Shown in pieces: positions 27,039-35,707 of a stretch of DNA of 64,000 bases. A program made the position numbers and the translations under genes. How positions within the stretch are numbered: position 1 is the first letter of the stretch; every line of letters starts with the position of its first letter. The DNA lies in contig JBEKIG010000011.1 of NCBI GenBank assembly GCA_050011875.1, positions 92,019 through 156,018 on the forward strand, read 5' to 3'. The notes below the pieces were generated by a model. The model searched no databases. It was not told where the DNA came from and worked only from the letters and a program-made list of their open reading frames with translations. Source of the stretch: Nitrososphaeria archaeon. Its GTDB lineage: Archaea; Thermoproteota; Nitrososphaeria; JACIWG01.

Positions 27039-29513
27039 TCAAAACTCAAGGTCAACTTGTCTGAGTTCTTCGATTATCCTTTTCACGCCTTTGTTGTTTA
27101 CTGCAGCTTCCTTTAACCGTTTCTCGTTTAGATCTTCCTTTTCTTCAACGTCCACGAATGATGACATAGTTTCCTGTTCTTCTATGATCCTCCCCCTTTC
27201 ACTCGCCTGCGCCACTTCAACCTTTTTCCCTATCAGCGAGAAGATGCTTTCTATTTCGTCAGGTAACACAGCGGTAGGGACTTCTAGTGCGCGGTTATAA
27301 TTCTTCACAGGGAACATACTGTTAAGTTTGTTCAGCAGGTGCTCGGCAAGCTTCTTTGCGCCCCCTTCCATTCGCAGCATGCTATCTATTTCGACACGTT
27401 TCTTCGCTAAGTATTCAAGACTAATTCCATGTGAGGAGAAATAAGCCTCCCACTTGGGATTCATGCGATTATATATGCTTTTTATAGTTCTACTGACATC
27501 TACCTGCGCCTTTTGTGAAAGTGCCTCCTCAACATCGCTAAGTGTGAAACCGAATTCTTTGATCATCTTTGGGTCAACTCCAATCCGCTGGACAGCTTGT
27601 GTAATCTCCTTAGCCTTCATCGAAATCAGGATACCTGGCGCATCGTAATCGGTCAGTATGGCGATGCCTGCACCGCTTTCTGAAGCTCCTGAAGCCACCC
27701 TGTTGGAGTACTCCTGCAGGAATCCCCGTGAGTTGATGATGCCGATGCCGTATAGTTCCAAAAAGGGTGAGACAGCCTCGGCTACGCCCTCCTTTTCGAT
27801 GATCAAGATGACGACACCCTTCTTTATCAGGCTATCGATCTGCTTGAAGGAGATGGGGTAATGGACCCCAAGAAAGAAGAACTGTGACCTTTCAGAGGCG
27901 ATGATCCCAAGCTCATCACGCGAAACACCCAGCCTTATACACTCGCTAGAAATCGCACTTGTGATATACTTTCTATCAGCTTCGACGCCGTTCTCCCGGA
28001 ATATTGGCTGAAGGTCATACCAGACTGAACTCTGCGTTTTGCGATCAGTCTCCAGAAGAGTAGGATCCCGTTCGACCGCCTGCTTTCTTTCGCACAAGTA
28101 GTTTCGCAGGATACCGATTTGCGGGACGGATGAATTCGTCCCCTTAAGGCGCGCCATCTTACCCTTAAACCCCTTGAAATATTTCGCCATGAAATCTTCC
28201 AGACCATCAACATACTCCTCGGCATCGAATCTGTTCTTTCCTATCCCCTGCCAAGCTGGGAAAGGTGTTATTACGTGAACCACCAACACCCCTTGTTCAA
28301 CATGGTACTCATCGAGTGGGCCGTAAATCCCGTGCCAACCCGCGTCGTCTTTGTTTGGGCGTACACGACTAAAATAGCAATCCGCAAACGGATTATCTAG
28401 CGTAGGGGTACCGTTGACTCCAGTAATTATTTCCGTGTCACCATCATGTTTAATGCCGAAAGCGAATTCAACCACATAAGGGATTGTCCTCCCTTCGGTT
28501 GATATAGAATCCGTCTCAATCGCATATCTGAACGTGTTCGGGTAGATGTCGTAGAGGTCTATCAACCCCTTTTTTAATGCCTTCCTGCCGATCGCCCCAA
28601 GGGAGGACGGCGAAGTCGGTGGGCTTACAGAATGAAAAAGGTTATAGATTTCTTTGATTATGTTTTCATCGTTGACAGTAAGTTGGCCATCTATCGGAAA
28701 CCCGAACAGCTCCCCAAACTCCCCCATTGACATCCCCTCACTTGCGGCAGTGACCACTAAATCACGGATGGCATTATAATCGTACCACGACGCGTTTGTA
28801 TGGCCGCTGTACAACCGAGTGCAACCCCCCCTTGGCGCAATTTCTTCCTCCCCGTTGAACCAGAATTCCACATTTGGATTAAAAAGGGCGATTTTCCTAA
28901 CAATTTCCAGAAGCTTGTCTTCTTCGTCCTCCGAAAGCGGCGGCAAGTTTGAGGTAACTGTCGTTCGGCGCTTAACGCCCTCCCCAACCTTTACAACCTC
29001 CGGTGTAATTGAATTTTGTGAAACGCCTCTCCAGTAAATTTCAAACTTGCCCTTTCCGGTTTCAATTGTAAGCGACTTAAAATCCGTTGGCTCCAACTTC
29101 TCGAATGCAAGGGCATAAGGGATGCCTACGACATACTTCAGCCCACCGCCAAGCGCGCCGCGCTTTGTTAAAAGCACCCACTTTTTTGTACTTGACATCA
29201 GCTTCGGGTCTACGGCACGCTTTATTTCTTCAATGTTGAAACTGTGGCTATGAGGCGAAGTCGGGTTAGAGACTGAAATAAACGTGCGACCACCTTCAAC
29301 CTTAATTTCAATCAAAACTAAACCTTTTGCTTCGTCTAAAGCGTTATCCAGAAGTTCCTTCGCCACAATCGCTGGCAGATCATCACGGGTTACACCCAGA
29401 TGGTTAAGGATTGAATTTAGCCTCACAAATTCCAATGTGCGCGGCGCTGATAACATAGGCCCAGACTTGTCATCGCTTCCTGACAAGCGTTTGACTTTGA
29501 TTTTTTTCGACAA
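27039..29513 (-). CDS. single-chain type IIB topoisomerase-like protein (TopoVI-B GHKL + TopoVI-A Toprim fusion; Topo VIII-like)
   Basis: KELLDNALD (N-box), KRGALGGGLK (G2), GVGKRRTTV-position G3-like strand; SSVWYDL (candidate catalytic Tyr), IIEKEG, SRGF, LTDYDAPG (DxD), VEIDS. Confidence 0.82.
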   Translation of the reverse strand: MSKKIKVKRLSGSDDKSGPMLSAPRTLEFVRLNSILNHLGVTRDDLPAIVAKELLDNALDEAKGLVLIEIKVEGGRTFISVSNPTSPHSHSFNIEEIKRAVDPKLMSSTKKWVLLTKRGALGGGLKYVVGIPYALAFEKLEPTDFKSLTIETGKGKFEIYWRGVSQNSITPEVVKVGEGVKRRTTVTSNLPPLSEDEEDKLLEIVRKIALFNPNVEFWFNGEEEIAPRGGCTRLYSGHTNASWYDYNAIRDLVVTAASEGMSMGEFGELFGFPIDGQLTVNDENIIKEIYNLFHSVSPPTSPSSLGAIGRKALKKGLIDLYDIYPNTFRYAIETDSISTEGRTIPYVVEFAFGIKHDGDTEIITGVNGTPTLDNPFADCYFSRVRPNKDDAGWHGIYGPLDEYHVEQGVLVVHVITPFPAWQGIGKNRFDAEEYVDGLEDFMAKYFKGFKGKMARLKGTNSSVPQIGILRNYLCERKQAVERDPTLLETDRKTQSSVWYDLQPIFRENGVEADRKYITSAISSECIRLGVSRDELGIIASERSQFFFLGVHYPISFKQIDSLIKKGVVILIIEKEGVAEAVSPFLELYGIGIINSRGFLQEYSNRVASGASESGAGIAILTDYDAPGILISMKAKEITQAVQRIGVDPKMIKEFGFTLSDVEEALSQKAQVDVSRTIKSIYNRMNPKWEAYFSSHGISLEYLAKKRVEIDSMLRMEGGAKKLAEHLLNKLNSMFPVKNYNRALEVPTAVLPDEIESIFSLIGKKVEVAQASERGRIIEEQETMSSFVDVEEKEDLNEKRLKEAAVNNKGVKRIIEELRQVDLEF

Positions 29514-29580
29514 ATTTATATCATCATATTATGTATATATTGTCCGGGAAATGAAATTTACAGGGTTAGGTGGACAGAAA

Positions 29581-30501
29581 ATGTCCTCAAAAAATTCCAT
29601 CATGGGAAAGATAGTAGACTCTTTAAAGCAAGGTTGTCAGAGTCGGGAAGATGTGATGAAGATAATAAGTGGAAATATACCAAGTTTGTCCGCCGAAACT
29701 CTTAGGAAAAGATGTGGACGCTATATAACAACTCTAACGGCATTAGGCCTAATCGAGGAAAGAGGGGGCAAATACTGCTGGTTTACGTATGAAAATATTT
29801 TTGAATACCATGAGGATTACGAAGCAAAGGTAAAACATTCCCGTGACCTGATACCGGCTCTAGAAAGTATAGCTGGAATTGTCAGAGGCAAATATTCACT
29901 GGACGTGAATATAGAGCGTGCTTTTCATATGAATCAAGACATGCTTAAAACTTATGCCAAAGAACATTTACGACATTATCCAGAAATTTGGAAAATATTT
30001 GAGAATTACGAAGCAAAAAGAAAAGAGGCAGAAAAGAGGATCGAAGCGTTTAACGATGACCTTAAACGTAAATTAAACAGCACTTTAAATCAAAAGTCAA
30101 AGTGGGCCAAGGGTGGAATAAGGTTAACCGACAACAAAGACATACCAAGCATACCCGATCTGATATACGGTTACATCATGAGCGAACAGGCCGCAGACTC
30201 TGTCAACATTAAATGTGAGACAGGGGAAATATCGTTCAGTGGGTACCTAGTTGCGAGGGGAAATAACCCTAAACATCTCAAAGAATTTCTTAAAAAAGAA
30301 ATCTCAGACAGGTCAAATATTCAGAAAGTTGACGCAATCAAAAGATCTTCCAAGGAGTCCCTTAAAATCCAGGAAACAATAAGACCTAAGGTAGAAGAAC
30401 TTGCTATGAAAATAGCGTGGGGAGAACCCTTACTGGGTGAGTGTACAGGATGCCCGAAAGGTTATTTTGTGAAAAAGCAGCAAGCTTCTGTAAAACCATA
30501 G
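29581..30501 (+). CDS. hypothetical protein with N-terminal wHTH, coiled coil and C-terminal CxxC
   Basis: Start placed at ATG 29581 (MSSKNS); RYITTLTALGLIEERGGKY wing; LGECTGCP. Confidence 0.65.
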   Translation: MSSKNSIMGKIVDSLKQGCQSREDVMKIISGNIPSLSAETLRKRCGRYITTLTALGLIEERGGKYCWFTYENIFEYHEDYEAKVKHSRDLIPALESIAGIVRGKYSLDVNIERAFHMNQDMLKTYAKEHLRHYPEIWKIFENYEAKRKEAEKRIEAFNDDLKRKLNSTLNQKSKWAKGGIRLTDNKDIPSIPDLIYGYIMSEQAADSVNIKCETGEISFSGYLVARGNNPKHLKEFLKKEISDRSNIQKVDAIKRSSKESLKIQETIRPKVEELAMKIAWGEPLLGECTGCPKGYFVKKQQASVKP

Positions 30502-30895
30502 TTTTCATTGAGGTTTCTAGCGCGAAATATAAATCCTTTGTCAAGTTGCCATCAATGATAAAATAGCTCTAGAAGCTTTGGATAAAGTTATTCCAAACAT
30601 AAAAAAATGATAGATTAGACAGAGATTTTAGTTTGGGATAAATTAAATATCGAGATCTAACATAAACCTATCTTGACAAACAATATCCCTTCAAGGATAA
30701 GCGGATGCAACTTGTCAATTTATTAAAAAAGTCTCTGCAAACTAATTCTTTATCTATTGGAAAGCATAATTCAGCCAGTGTCAACAGTTGGGCAAAATGA
30801 TTTCTTTAAGGCCCCTTTTTCTTATGCCGTAGGCTTCAAAGATACCTGACCATTATTCTACCCGTTCCGGTAATCTGTGATTTACACGGGTTTTT

Positions 30896-31285
30896 TTAAA
30901 ACATCCAGTCCTGGATTTTCAGCAGGCCAGGCCTCGCAACATCAGCCTTTCCGTCTTCGTCAACTATTATAAGCCCTACAGGGAGCTTTATGGCACTTAT
31001 TACCGGCTCGAGCTTGCTTAAGAAGGGGTAGTCGTGCGGAGCTGCAATATAAGTCGGAACTTTGTTCCAGACACAATTCTCAAGGCAGTGGCCTAGCTTC
31101 GTATAATATTCCTCCGAGTCTTCATCACATAAAACCTGAATATGACAGGATTGCTTATAGTTAGTACTATAGCTGTCTTCAATATCGTAGACCCCTATTT
31201 CTCCTCGATCAGCCCTGACAACTTTGTTGGGGAATAAATTGTTGAACAGCTTTGAAACTGCCTGTGAAATCTCTTCTTCACGCAT
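30896..31285 (-). CDS. hypothetical protein, possibly degenerate PD-(D/E)xK nuclease fold
   Basis: MREEEI...YDI...HIQV...LGHCL...TYIAAP...VGLIIVD pattern; no E-x-K. Confidence 0.55.
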   Translation of the reverse strand: MREEEISQAVSKLFNNLFPNKVVRADRGEIGVYDIEDSYSTNYKQSCHIQVLCDEDSEEYYTKLGHCLENCVWNKVPTYIAAPHDYPFLSKLEPVISAIKLPVGLIIVDEDGKADVARPGLLKIQDWMF

Positions 31286-31447
31286 GTTAAGTCACCCTAA
31301 CAACACCATAATACAGGAGGAAACAAGATAAAACCATTGCACATTAATAGCTTAGCAGGTATTTAATCTTTTATCAGCCTTTAGGGTGAAAAAAATTGGA
31401 TTAACGCAAAAAAATGTAATAATAAGAAAAAAAGTGGTTGGAAATCG

Positions 31448-32902
31448 CTATCTCTGCAGCGTCTTAACAAGTTCCTTCTTGTGGCTGTATATCTTCATGC
31501 TCAGGGGCATCTGCCCGATTGCGAAGTGTGTCGCACACCCAAAGCAGGGGTCGTAAGCCCTAAAAGCCATCTCCACTTTATTTAAAATCCCCTGATCCGC
31601 CACGCCTCCGTGAATCAAGCCCTTAGCAGCATCCCTTATAGACATGCATATCGCTGGATAATTGTTCGTTGTGGCCACTATCATGTTAACATCCTTGATC
31701 AGCGCATCCTTGTCTAGAACGTAGTGATGGAACAATGTTCCTCTTGCCGCTTCAACGACGCCCACGCCTTCGCCTGGTTCCCCCGGTTTGTTCCTTACGC
31801 TCTTGCTTGTAATCTCCGGGTCCCTGCTCAGCTCCAGCGCTCTCTCGGTTGCGTATAAAAGCTCGATCAATCTCGCCCAATGGAAGACTAATGTTCCGTG
31901 CACGGGCTTGCATCCAAAGGTCTTGTACATCTCCTCATACTCGGCCTGAGCTAAAGGCGTTGCCATACCATTTGACGCATTAAGTCGACCGAGAGGCCCA
32001 ACGCGGTAGATCCCACTGCCTTCTCCGCAGGTCAAGCCCTTCCAGCCCACCTTCTTAAGGTACGGGAATTTCGCGTAGGTCCATTGATCAACGTGTTCGC
32101 CGACATTCGTTAAGTAATCCTCAGGCTCAAACTTCAAGAATTCATTACCTTTCGGGTCGACAACCCTGATCCTTCCATCATAGAAGTTGACCTTATTGTT
32201 CTCGTCAACCGTCCCCATGTAGTATGTCCTCGTCGTGTAGGCGTCGCTCTTAATCATGTCTACATACTCGCTGTTCCCAAGGACAACATCGTGGAACAGC
32301 TTCAGCGTGAACTTTGCAAACTCCAGGGATGAAGCAGCCATCTTTTCGATTTCAGCCCTCTTTTCTTCACTTAAGGGCTTGGATATTCCTCCAGGTAGAC
32401 CGCAGACAGGGTGGGTTGCCTTCCCGCCTAAAATCTCGGTTATCTTCTGCCCATATGCCCTGTGCTTAATAACCTCCTTTGCAACGTCCATGCCGACCTT
32501 CTCGATCACCCCCAGTATGTTTCTCTTGCCCGGTGGCGCGTCAGGGCCAACAATAAAGTCTGGGCCTCCGAGGTAGTAGAAATGCAGGATATGATCGTAA
32601 ATAATGTAACCGGAATACATGAGTTCTCTGAGCTTCTTGGCTGCAGGAGGGGGCTCAACGTTGAACGCAGCATCCAAAGCTTTCGTCGCTGCTATGTGAT
32701 GGGCTGTTGGGCAGACTCCGCATATTCTAGAAGTCAGAATCGGCATGAGCTCAGCCCTTCTTCCGACACAGAACTGCTCAAATCCCCTGAGCTCCGGAAC
32801 CTTCAAGTAGGCGTCCTCCACTTCGCCTGCATCGTTGAGGAATATCGAAATGTTCCCGTGACCTTCAAGCCTTGTTATAGGGTCTATAACCACTTCCTTC
32901 AT
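31448..32902 (-). CDS. mvhA: [NiFe] hydrogenase large subunit, group 3c type
   Basis: TRLEGH, RGFE, RICGVC, EAARGTLFHHY, RAYDPCFGCATH plus cleavable tail. Confidence 0.93.
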   Translation of the reverse strand: MKEVVIDPITRLEGHGNISIFLNDAGEVEDAYLKVPELRGFEQFCVGRRAELMPILTSRICGVCPTAHHIAATKALDAAFNVEPPPAAKKLRELMYSGYIIYDHILHFYYLGGPDFIVGPDAPPGKRNILGVIEKVGMDVAKEVIKHRAYGQKITEILGGKATHPVCGLPGGISKPLSEEKRAEIEKMAASSLEFAKFTLKLFHDVVLGNSEYVDMIKSDAYTTRTYYMGTVDENNKVNFYDGRIRVVDPKGNEFLKFEPEDYLTNVGEHVDQWTYAKFPYLKKVGWKGLTCGEGSGIYRVGPLGRLNASNGMATPLAQAEYEEMYKTFGCKPVHGTLVFHWARLIELLYATERALELSRDPEITSKSVRNKPGEPGEGVGVVEAARGTLFHHYVLDKDALIKDVNMIVATTNNYPAICMSIRDAAKGLIHGGVADQGILNKVEMAFRAYDPCFGCATHFAIGQMPLSMKIYSHKKELVKTLQR

Positions 32903-33885
32903 TCCTTAACCACCTTTCTCCTCAATATCGATGCCGGCAGAGAGTACATGTAAAATGTGCCAACAGGGTCCTTGATCTGGCTCATGAGCTTATCAACGTC
33001 TTCCTGAGTCAGGTGCTCTCTTTCATCCTCTAAGCCGAGAATGGACGCTACAGCACTGATCATGGCCGAACCCTGCTCCGGTGAATTTGGAGGTGGACCA
33101 CCACATCCCGTACAAGGCATGTCAACGGATAGGCATTGAGCCCCACATCCGCTGCGGGTTCCAGGTCCCATGCAGATGATCCCCTGCTCGAGCAGACACT
33201 TCTCCGGTTCAGGAACTTTTTCGTAAACACGATAGATCCTTGAAATATTCTTGCTCTCCTTCTTCCTTGGGCACTCGTCGCATACGGACTTAAGAGGTGC
33301 GAGGACCGAACCCTTAGGCGGCAACTGCCCTTTCGCTATGGCATCGAGAGCGTCTGATATTAGCTTGACTGGAGGTGGGCAACCGGGCAAGTAATAGTCC
33401 ACTTCAACGGTCTGGCCCAGAGTCCTGACAGTGTTATATAACTTTGGAAGGCTGAGCACTCCTTCATTCACAACAGTTCGAGTTTGTGGGACAACTCCGT
33501 CAAGATTTAGAGTAGATTTATTCTCCAAATAGACTTTATTTAAGATATCTTTGCGTTCATATAGATTCGCCAGTCCAGGTACGCATCCTTCTTGGGCGCA
33601 GGAGCCGAAAGCCACGAGCGTCTTAGACTTCTTCCTCAAGAGCTCAGCCATGTGTTTTTGCTCTTCGGTTCTCACTGAACCGTTGAAGAAGCAGATGTCA
33701 ACGTATTTGTCTGGCATCGCTTCAACATCACTGTACTTGACGTCTATTGCGACAGGCCAGAAGACTATATCTGCCATCGCCACTACATCAAGTATCTTCT
33801 CGTTTAAGTCGAGCACCGCAATTTCGCATCCACCGCAGCTGGCAGCCCAGTAGAAGGCCACCTTCAGTTTCTCGTCGGCCATCAC
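32899..33885 (-). CDS. mvhG: [NiFe] hydrogenase small subunit
   Basis: SCGGC, GSCA, PGCPP, VCDEC, CLLEQGIICMGP, PCTGCGG. Confidence 0.93.
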   Translation of the reverse strand: MMADEKLKVAFYWAASCGGCEIAVLDLNEKILDVVAMADIVFWPVAIDVKYSDVEAMPDKYVDICFFNGSVRTEEQKHMAELLRKKSKTLVAFGSCAQEGCVPGLANLYERKDILNKVYLENKSTLNLDGVVPQTRTVVNEGVLSLPKLYNTVRTLGQTVEVDYYLPGCPPPVKLISDALDAIAKGQLPPKGSVLAPLKSVCDECPRKKESKNISRIYRVYEKVPEPEKCLLEQGIICMGPGTRSGCGAQCLSVDMPCTGCGGPPPNSPEQGSAMISAVASILGLEDEREHLTQEDVDKLMSQIKDPVGTFYMYSLPASILRRKVVKE

Positions 33886-34772
33886 TTATCAGCTTGACCT
33901 ATATCGCTGAGTATTTTAGACGCGTTAACCCTCAAATCGCTTAAAGCGAGCTCTTCAGGTGTCAAGCCCATCGCTAAACCAAGCAGCTGGGGATAGTGCA
34001 GCACCGGAATACCATAAACTTCGCTGAACATTTTCTCTATGCGCACTTCGTTCGTGTCGTACATTATGTGACAGAAGGGGCAGACGGTTATCAGGGCCTG
34101 AGCACCCACGGCCTTTACGTGGCTCAACTTGTCTCTTGCGAGTTGTAATGCGATTTTGTCGTTCACACCCACGCTCGGCGCGCCACAGCATTCTGTTTCA
34201 TCCATGTAGTCCAAGCACGTTGCTCCCGTTGCTTCAATCAAAGACTTGAGCACCATCGGATTCTCCGGATCATCAAACCCGACATACTCCTTGGGTCTAA
34301 CGATGTGGCAGCCGTTATGCTCTGCAACCTTCAACATCGTAAGCGGCTTAACTACCGAATTCTTTATCTTCTCCAAGCCTACGTCTTCGATCAAGACCTG
34401 CATAAGATGTTTCGCTTCTACCGTTCCATTAAATTCAAGCCCAGCCTCATTCAAGTGTCTATTAATTTCCTCTCGCAACCCTCCATCTTCCTTCAGCATC
34501 CTGCCAACTTTCTTGAGCGTTCCAGCGCAGCCTGGGCATAAAGTTATTATGTTCAGACCCTTCTGCTCAGCTAACGCCAGGTTTCTCGCAGCCAGTATAA
34601 GCATCATTTCGTGGCTAACGGGGTCCAGTGGTAGACCGCAGCAGTTGAACTCGGGCATTTCAACCAGTTCAACACCTAACTTTGTAAGGGTCTTCCTAGC
34701 TGAAATTTCGAAGGCTGCAACCCTATACGGAATCGCGCATCCTAGGAACATAAGGTACTTGTTCTCTGCCAT
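33882..34772 (-). CDS. hdrB: heterodisulfide reductase subunit B
   Basis: FLGC, CCG twice, CPGC, HNGCH, CPFC, PVLHYPQLLGLA. Confidence 0.95.
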   Translation of the reverse strand: MAENKYLMFLGCAIPYRVAAFEISARKTLTKLGVELVEMPEFNCCGLPLDPVSHEMMLILAARNLALAEQKGLNIITLCPGCAGTLKKVGRMLKEDGGLREEINRHLNEAGLEFNGTVEAKHLMQVLIEDVGLEKIKNSVVKPLTMLKVAEHNGCHIVRPKEYVGFDDPENPMVLKSLIEATGATCLDYMDETECCGAPSVGVNDKIALQLARDKLSHVKAVGAQALITVCPFCHIMYDTNEVRIEKMFSEVYGIPVLHYPQLLGLAMGLTPEELALSDLRVNASKILSDIGQADK

Positions 34773-34775
34773 CTC

Positions 34776-35300
34776 CTAAACCACTTTCTTCTCCATATGT
34801 TTGAGAAAACCTACACCGTTAAGCGACTTGCGAATGCTCTCAGGGTTGCCTTTTGGCAACGGGGGCAGCCCTAGAGACTCCCGCTTTTTCAACCGCAGTT
34901 CTGGGATCCTGTAAGCGTAACCTGACTCTAGCACGCTTGCACACTGTTCCTTGAACACTTGGGGTACAACCCCCTCCTCTACAGCCAAGTTTCTCAGTAC
35001 GCGTATAACGCTTGCGACTTCGACGTCCTGTGGGCAGCGGTCTGTGCACGTAAAGCATGAGGCGCACAACCATAGTGTATCGCTCTTTAACACCCTGTAC
35101 TTCAATCCAAGTTGCGCCATACGTATTATCTGCCCAGGCCTGTAGATATCACTAAATCTTGCGACCGGACAGTCTGAAGTGCATGTTCCACACTGGAAAC
35201 AGCGCATCAGCTTTTCTCCTCCGTGCATCCTGGAGATTTCATACTTGAACTTGGGATCGATCTCAGATGCCTTAACAACCTTCTTTTCTGTTTCGTTCAT
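34776..35300 (-). CDS. hdrC: heterodisulfide reductase subunit C
   Basis: CFQCGTCTSDCP, WLCASCFTCTDRCP. Confidence 0.95.
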   Translation of the reverse strand: MNETEKKVVKASEIDPKFKYEISRMHGGEKLMRCFQCGTCTSDCPVARFSDIYRPGQIIRMAQLGLKYRVLKSDTLWLCASCFTCTDRCPQDVEVASVIRVLRNLAVEEGVVPQVFKEQCASVLESGYAYRIPELRLKKRESLGLPPLPKGNPESIRKSLNGVGFLKHMEKKVV

Positions 35301-35707
35301 TATTCATTAACCTCTTTAACCATAATTGGGTTTGGCCCCATCTCTTTGATCTTTTCCACCATGTCTTTGACTACAACTGCAAACTTATCCCCTTCACTGG
35401 CCGAAATCCATTCTAGCCTCAGCCTTTCAGGCTCAATTCCTAATTCTTTGAGAACCCTCTTTAGGAGCATGATTCTTCTCAACGCCTTAAAGTTTCCACT
35501 GATGTAGTGGCAGTCAGATGGTAAATGGCAACCGGCAACAAGCACTCCGTCCGCACCATCCCTGAAGGCTTCGAGAATGAATGACGGCTCTATCCTCCCA
35601 CTGCACATAACACGCACGATCCTAATGTTAGGAGGATACTGAATCCTACTAACACCAGCAAGGTCAGCGCCAGCATAACTACACCAGTTACACAGGAAAC
35701 CAATAAT
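35300..35707 (-). CDS. mvhD: hydrogenase Fe-S subunit MvhD; reading frame intact from IIGFLCNWC but no start codon
   Basis: Frame reads [38 protein letters not shown]; an in-frame TAG lies just upstream and the frame overlaps the hdrA read-through. Confidence 0.85.
   Translation of the reverse strand: MIGFLCNWCSYAGADLAGVSRIQYPPNIRIVRVMCSGRIEPSFILEAFRDGADGVLVAGCHLPSDCHYISGNFKALRRIMLLKRVLKELGIEPERLRLEWISASEGDKFAVVVKDMVEKIKEMGPNPIMVKEVNE
35589..35707. repeat. 119-bp exact direct repeat B, copy 1 (mvhD 5' part)
   Basis: Identical to 39353-39471. Confidence 0.95.

Noticed and set aside
29284-29580. N-terminal extension of the ORF-track call 29284..30501, and similar extensions at 51587-51871 and 47993-48109
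   Set aside because: They overlap real neighbouring genes or promoters; better starts lie downstream
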